A stretch of 64,000 nucleotides of DNA. Origin: Pirellulales bacterium. Its GTDB lineage: Bacteria > Planctomycetota > Planctomycetia > Pirellulales > UBA1268. Location: the NCBI GenBank assembly GCA_016776925.1, contig JADHSL010000003.1, positions 51,412 to 115,411 of the forward strand, written 5' to 3'. The translations under genes and the position numbers were made by a program. This document shows positions 62,603 to 64,000 of the stretch, piece after piece. How positions within the stretch are numbered: position 1 is the first letter of the stretch; every line of letters begins with the position of its first letter. The notes under the pieces are model-generated. The model saw only the letters and a list, made by a program, of their open reading frames with translations, was not told the DNA's origin and did no database searches.

Positions 62603-64000
62603 ATGACCATCATACTTATTATTTTTTCAGCAGCAGTTTCTCTTGTTTGTGGCTACTTCCTGTACGGACGATGGCTCGGCACCAAGCTATTTTCACTGAA
62701 TGCCATGTTTGTTGTGCCAAGCATTGAGTTCCGAGACGAGCACGACTTTGTACCAACGCCAACCCCAATTGTCTTTGGCCATCACTTCACCAGCATTGCC
62801 GGGACAGGCCCGATTGTCGGTCCTGCGCTTGCGATCATGTGGGGCTGGGGCCCAGCACTCATTTGGGTCATTCTCGGATCAATCTTCATTGGGGGCATGC
62901 ACGACATGGCAGTTCTTGTTGTCAGCCTTCGAAATCGTGGGATGACGATTGGCGAGATTGCAGGGCGACTTCTTAATCCCCGTGTCCGACTACTCTTCCT
63001 CGTTCTTCTTCTCTTTGCACTCTGGGTTGTATTGGCAATTTTTGGCTGGGTTATTGCGAATGTTTTCGTCCAATTCCCTGAGGCTATTTTGCCGGTTTTT
63101 TTTCAAATCCCCATCGCCATCCTGATCGGCACACAAGTGCATCGAAAGGGCCGCAGCCTGCGAGGACCAAGCATTGTGGCTTTAGTATGCATGTACGCAA
63201 CCGTTTGGCTTGGAGCAGGCTGTCCCGGCACCGCATGGACGGGCGGTTCGTTGGGTGCGGCTATTCAAGAAATGAACTTCTTTATCGCCGCATGGCCAAT
63301 TTGGCTCTGGGTGGCAATCCTGTTGTCATATTGTTACGTCGCGAGCGTTCTTCCGGTCTGGGTACTTCTGCAGCCAAGAGACTTTATCAACAGCCTGCAA
63401 TTGATCTCAAGTCTTGGCTTGGTTGTTGTCGGGCTGTTTGTTACTGCGGTTGTTGGGTCGAGCTCTATCTCGTCAGGTGTGGAGCCCCCTGCTCTAACAA
63501 TGTTTGCCCCTTTTCTTGACTTACATCCACTCAACGCTCCACCAATATTTCCGTTTCTTTTTGTCACCATAGGATGTGGTGCTGTCAGTGGCTTTCATTG
63601 CCTTGTGAGTTCTGGAACATCAAGCAAGCAACTCCGTTGTGAAACTGACGCACGAGTAGTGGGGTACGGCTCGATGCTACTCGAAGGATTTCTTGCAGTC
63701 CTGGTCATTATTGCTGTAGGAGCCGGCATTGGCCTTGGCTGGCCAGAAGAGTACCCGGGACTGTCCGGCACACAGCTTTGGCAGGTCTTATATGCTGACT
63801 GGAAGGGTGTCACAGGCGGCAAGGCGATTGCTGCATTTGTAGTCGGCTCAGGAAACTTTCTTGAATCACTTGGTATTCATGCGACGATGTCGCGTGCGAT
63901 CATTGGCGTGCTCGTTGCGAGTTTCGCCGGCACGACGCTTGATACTGCCACACGACTGCAGCGTTATGTTGTGCAGGAATTAGCACGCACTCTTTTGAAC
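62603..64000 (+). CDS. cstA: Carbon starvation protein A (CstA family peptide/pyruvate transporter). N-terminal 466 codons only; it runs off the right window edge.
   Basis: Absent from the ORF track because there is no stop in the window. Hand translation from ATG 62603 gives MTIILIIFSAAVSLVCGYFLYGRWLG...PIVFGHHFTSIAGTGPIVGPALA...GCGAVSGFHCLVSSGTSSKQ...TTLDTATRLQRY. Confidence 0.88.
   Translation, partial: MTIILIIFSAAVSLVCGYFLYGRWLGTKLFSLNAMFVVPSIEFRDEHDFVPTPTPIVFGHHFTSIAGTGPIVGPALAIMWGWGPALIWVILGSIFIGGMHDMAVLVVSLRNRGMTIGEIAGRLLNPRVRLLFLVLLLFALWVVLAIFGWVIANVFVQFPEAILPVFFQIPIAILIGTQVHRKGRSLRGPSIVALVCMYATVWLGAGCPGTAWTGGSLGAAIQEMNFFIAAWPIWLWVAILLSYCYVASVLPVWVLLQPRDFINSLQLISSLGLVVVGLFVTAVVGSSSISSGVEPPALTMFAPFLDLHPLNAPPIFPFLFVTIGCGAVSGFHCLVSSGTSSKQLRCETDARVVGYGSMLLEGFLAVLVIIAVGAGIGLGWPEEYPGLSGTQLWQVLYADWKGVTGGKAIAAFVVGSGNFLESLGIHATMSRAIIGVLVASFAGTTLDTATRLQRYVVQELARTLLN

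Noticed and set aside
1-64000. A search by eye for CRISPR repeats, IS inverted repeats, integrase or transposase motifs, tRNA cloverleaf candidates and toxin-antitoxin-sized gene pairs.
   Set aside because: None was seen. The largest non-coding gaps are 160-390 nt and contain no periodic repeats. A proper tRNAscan, Infernal or repeat scan would be needed to be certain.

Overview
This 64-kb window is a conserved chromosomal core region with no visible accessory content. I found no tRNA or rRNA genes, CRISPR arrays, transposases, integrases or recognisable defence genes. I support 58 CDS, and 51 of them are on the minus strand.

Gene content, left to right:
- The 5' part of dnaA, which runs off the left edge and is missing from the ORF track.
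- A double-PDZ secreted protein, a DUF374 acyltransferase-like protein, dapF, a 1061-aa AsmA/TamB-like protein and tilS.
- An envelope-associated group of unknown function: a lipoprotein, a vWA/MIDAS membrane protein, an alpha/beta-fold protein and a double-LysM protein.
- The tgt-yajC-secDF block, a membrane pyrophosphatase, ugd and gyrA.
- Two tandem ArnT-like GT-C glycosyltransferases followed by an ArnC-like GT2.
- gpx, pckA, three hypothetical genes, nadE and speA.
- A DUF1549/DUF1553 plus DUF1501 gene pair.
- A complete S10-spc-alpha ribosomal protein, secY, adk, map and rpoA cluster (43.5-60.0 kb).
- A stand-alone EF-G gene and the 5' part of cstA, which runs off the right edge and is also missing from the ORF track.

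The DUF1549/1553-DUF1501 pair, the many extended ribosomal proteins and weak Shine-Dalgarno usage suggest a Planctomycetota-like genome. That assignment is an inference.

I do not see a convincing self-contained novel system. The observations most worth a second look are:
- ugd lying next to the GT-C/GT-C/GT2 lipid-carrier glycosylation module, whose acceptor is unknown.
- The function-unknown DUF1549/1553-DUF1501 pair.
- A roughly 100-aa insertion in the pyrophosphatase.
- An unusually long, hairpin-rich rpsJ-rplC spacer.
- A divergent EF-G gene with no str-operon context.
- A dnaA gene whose flanking gene orientation argues against an adjacent origin.
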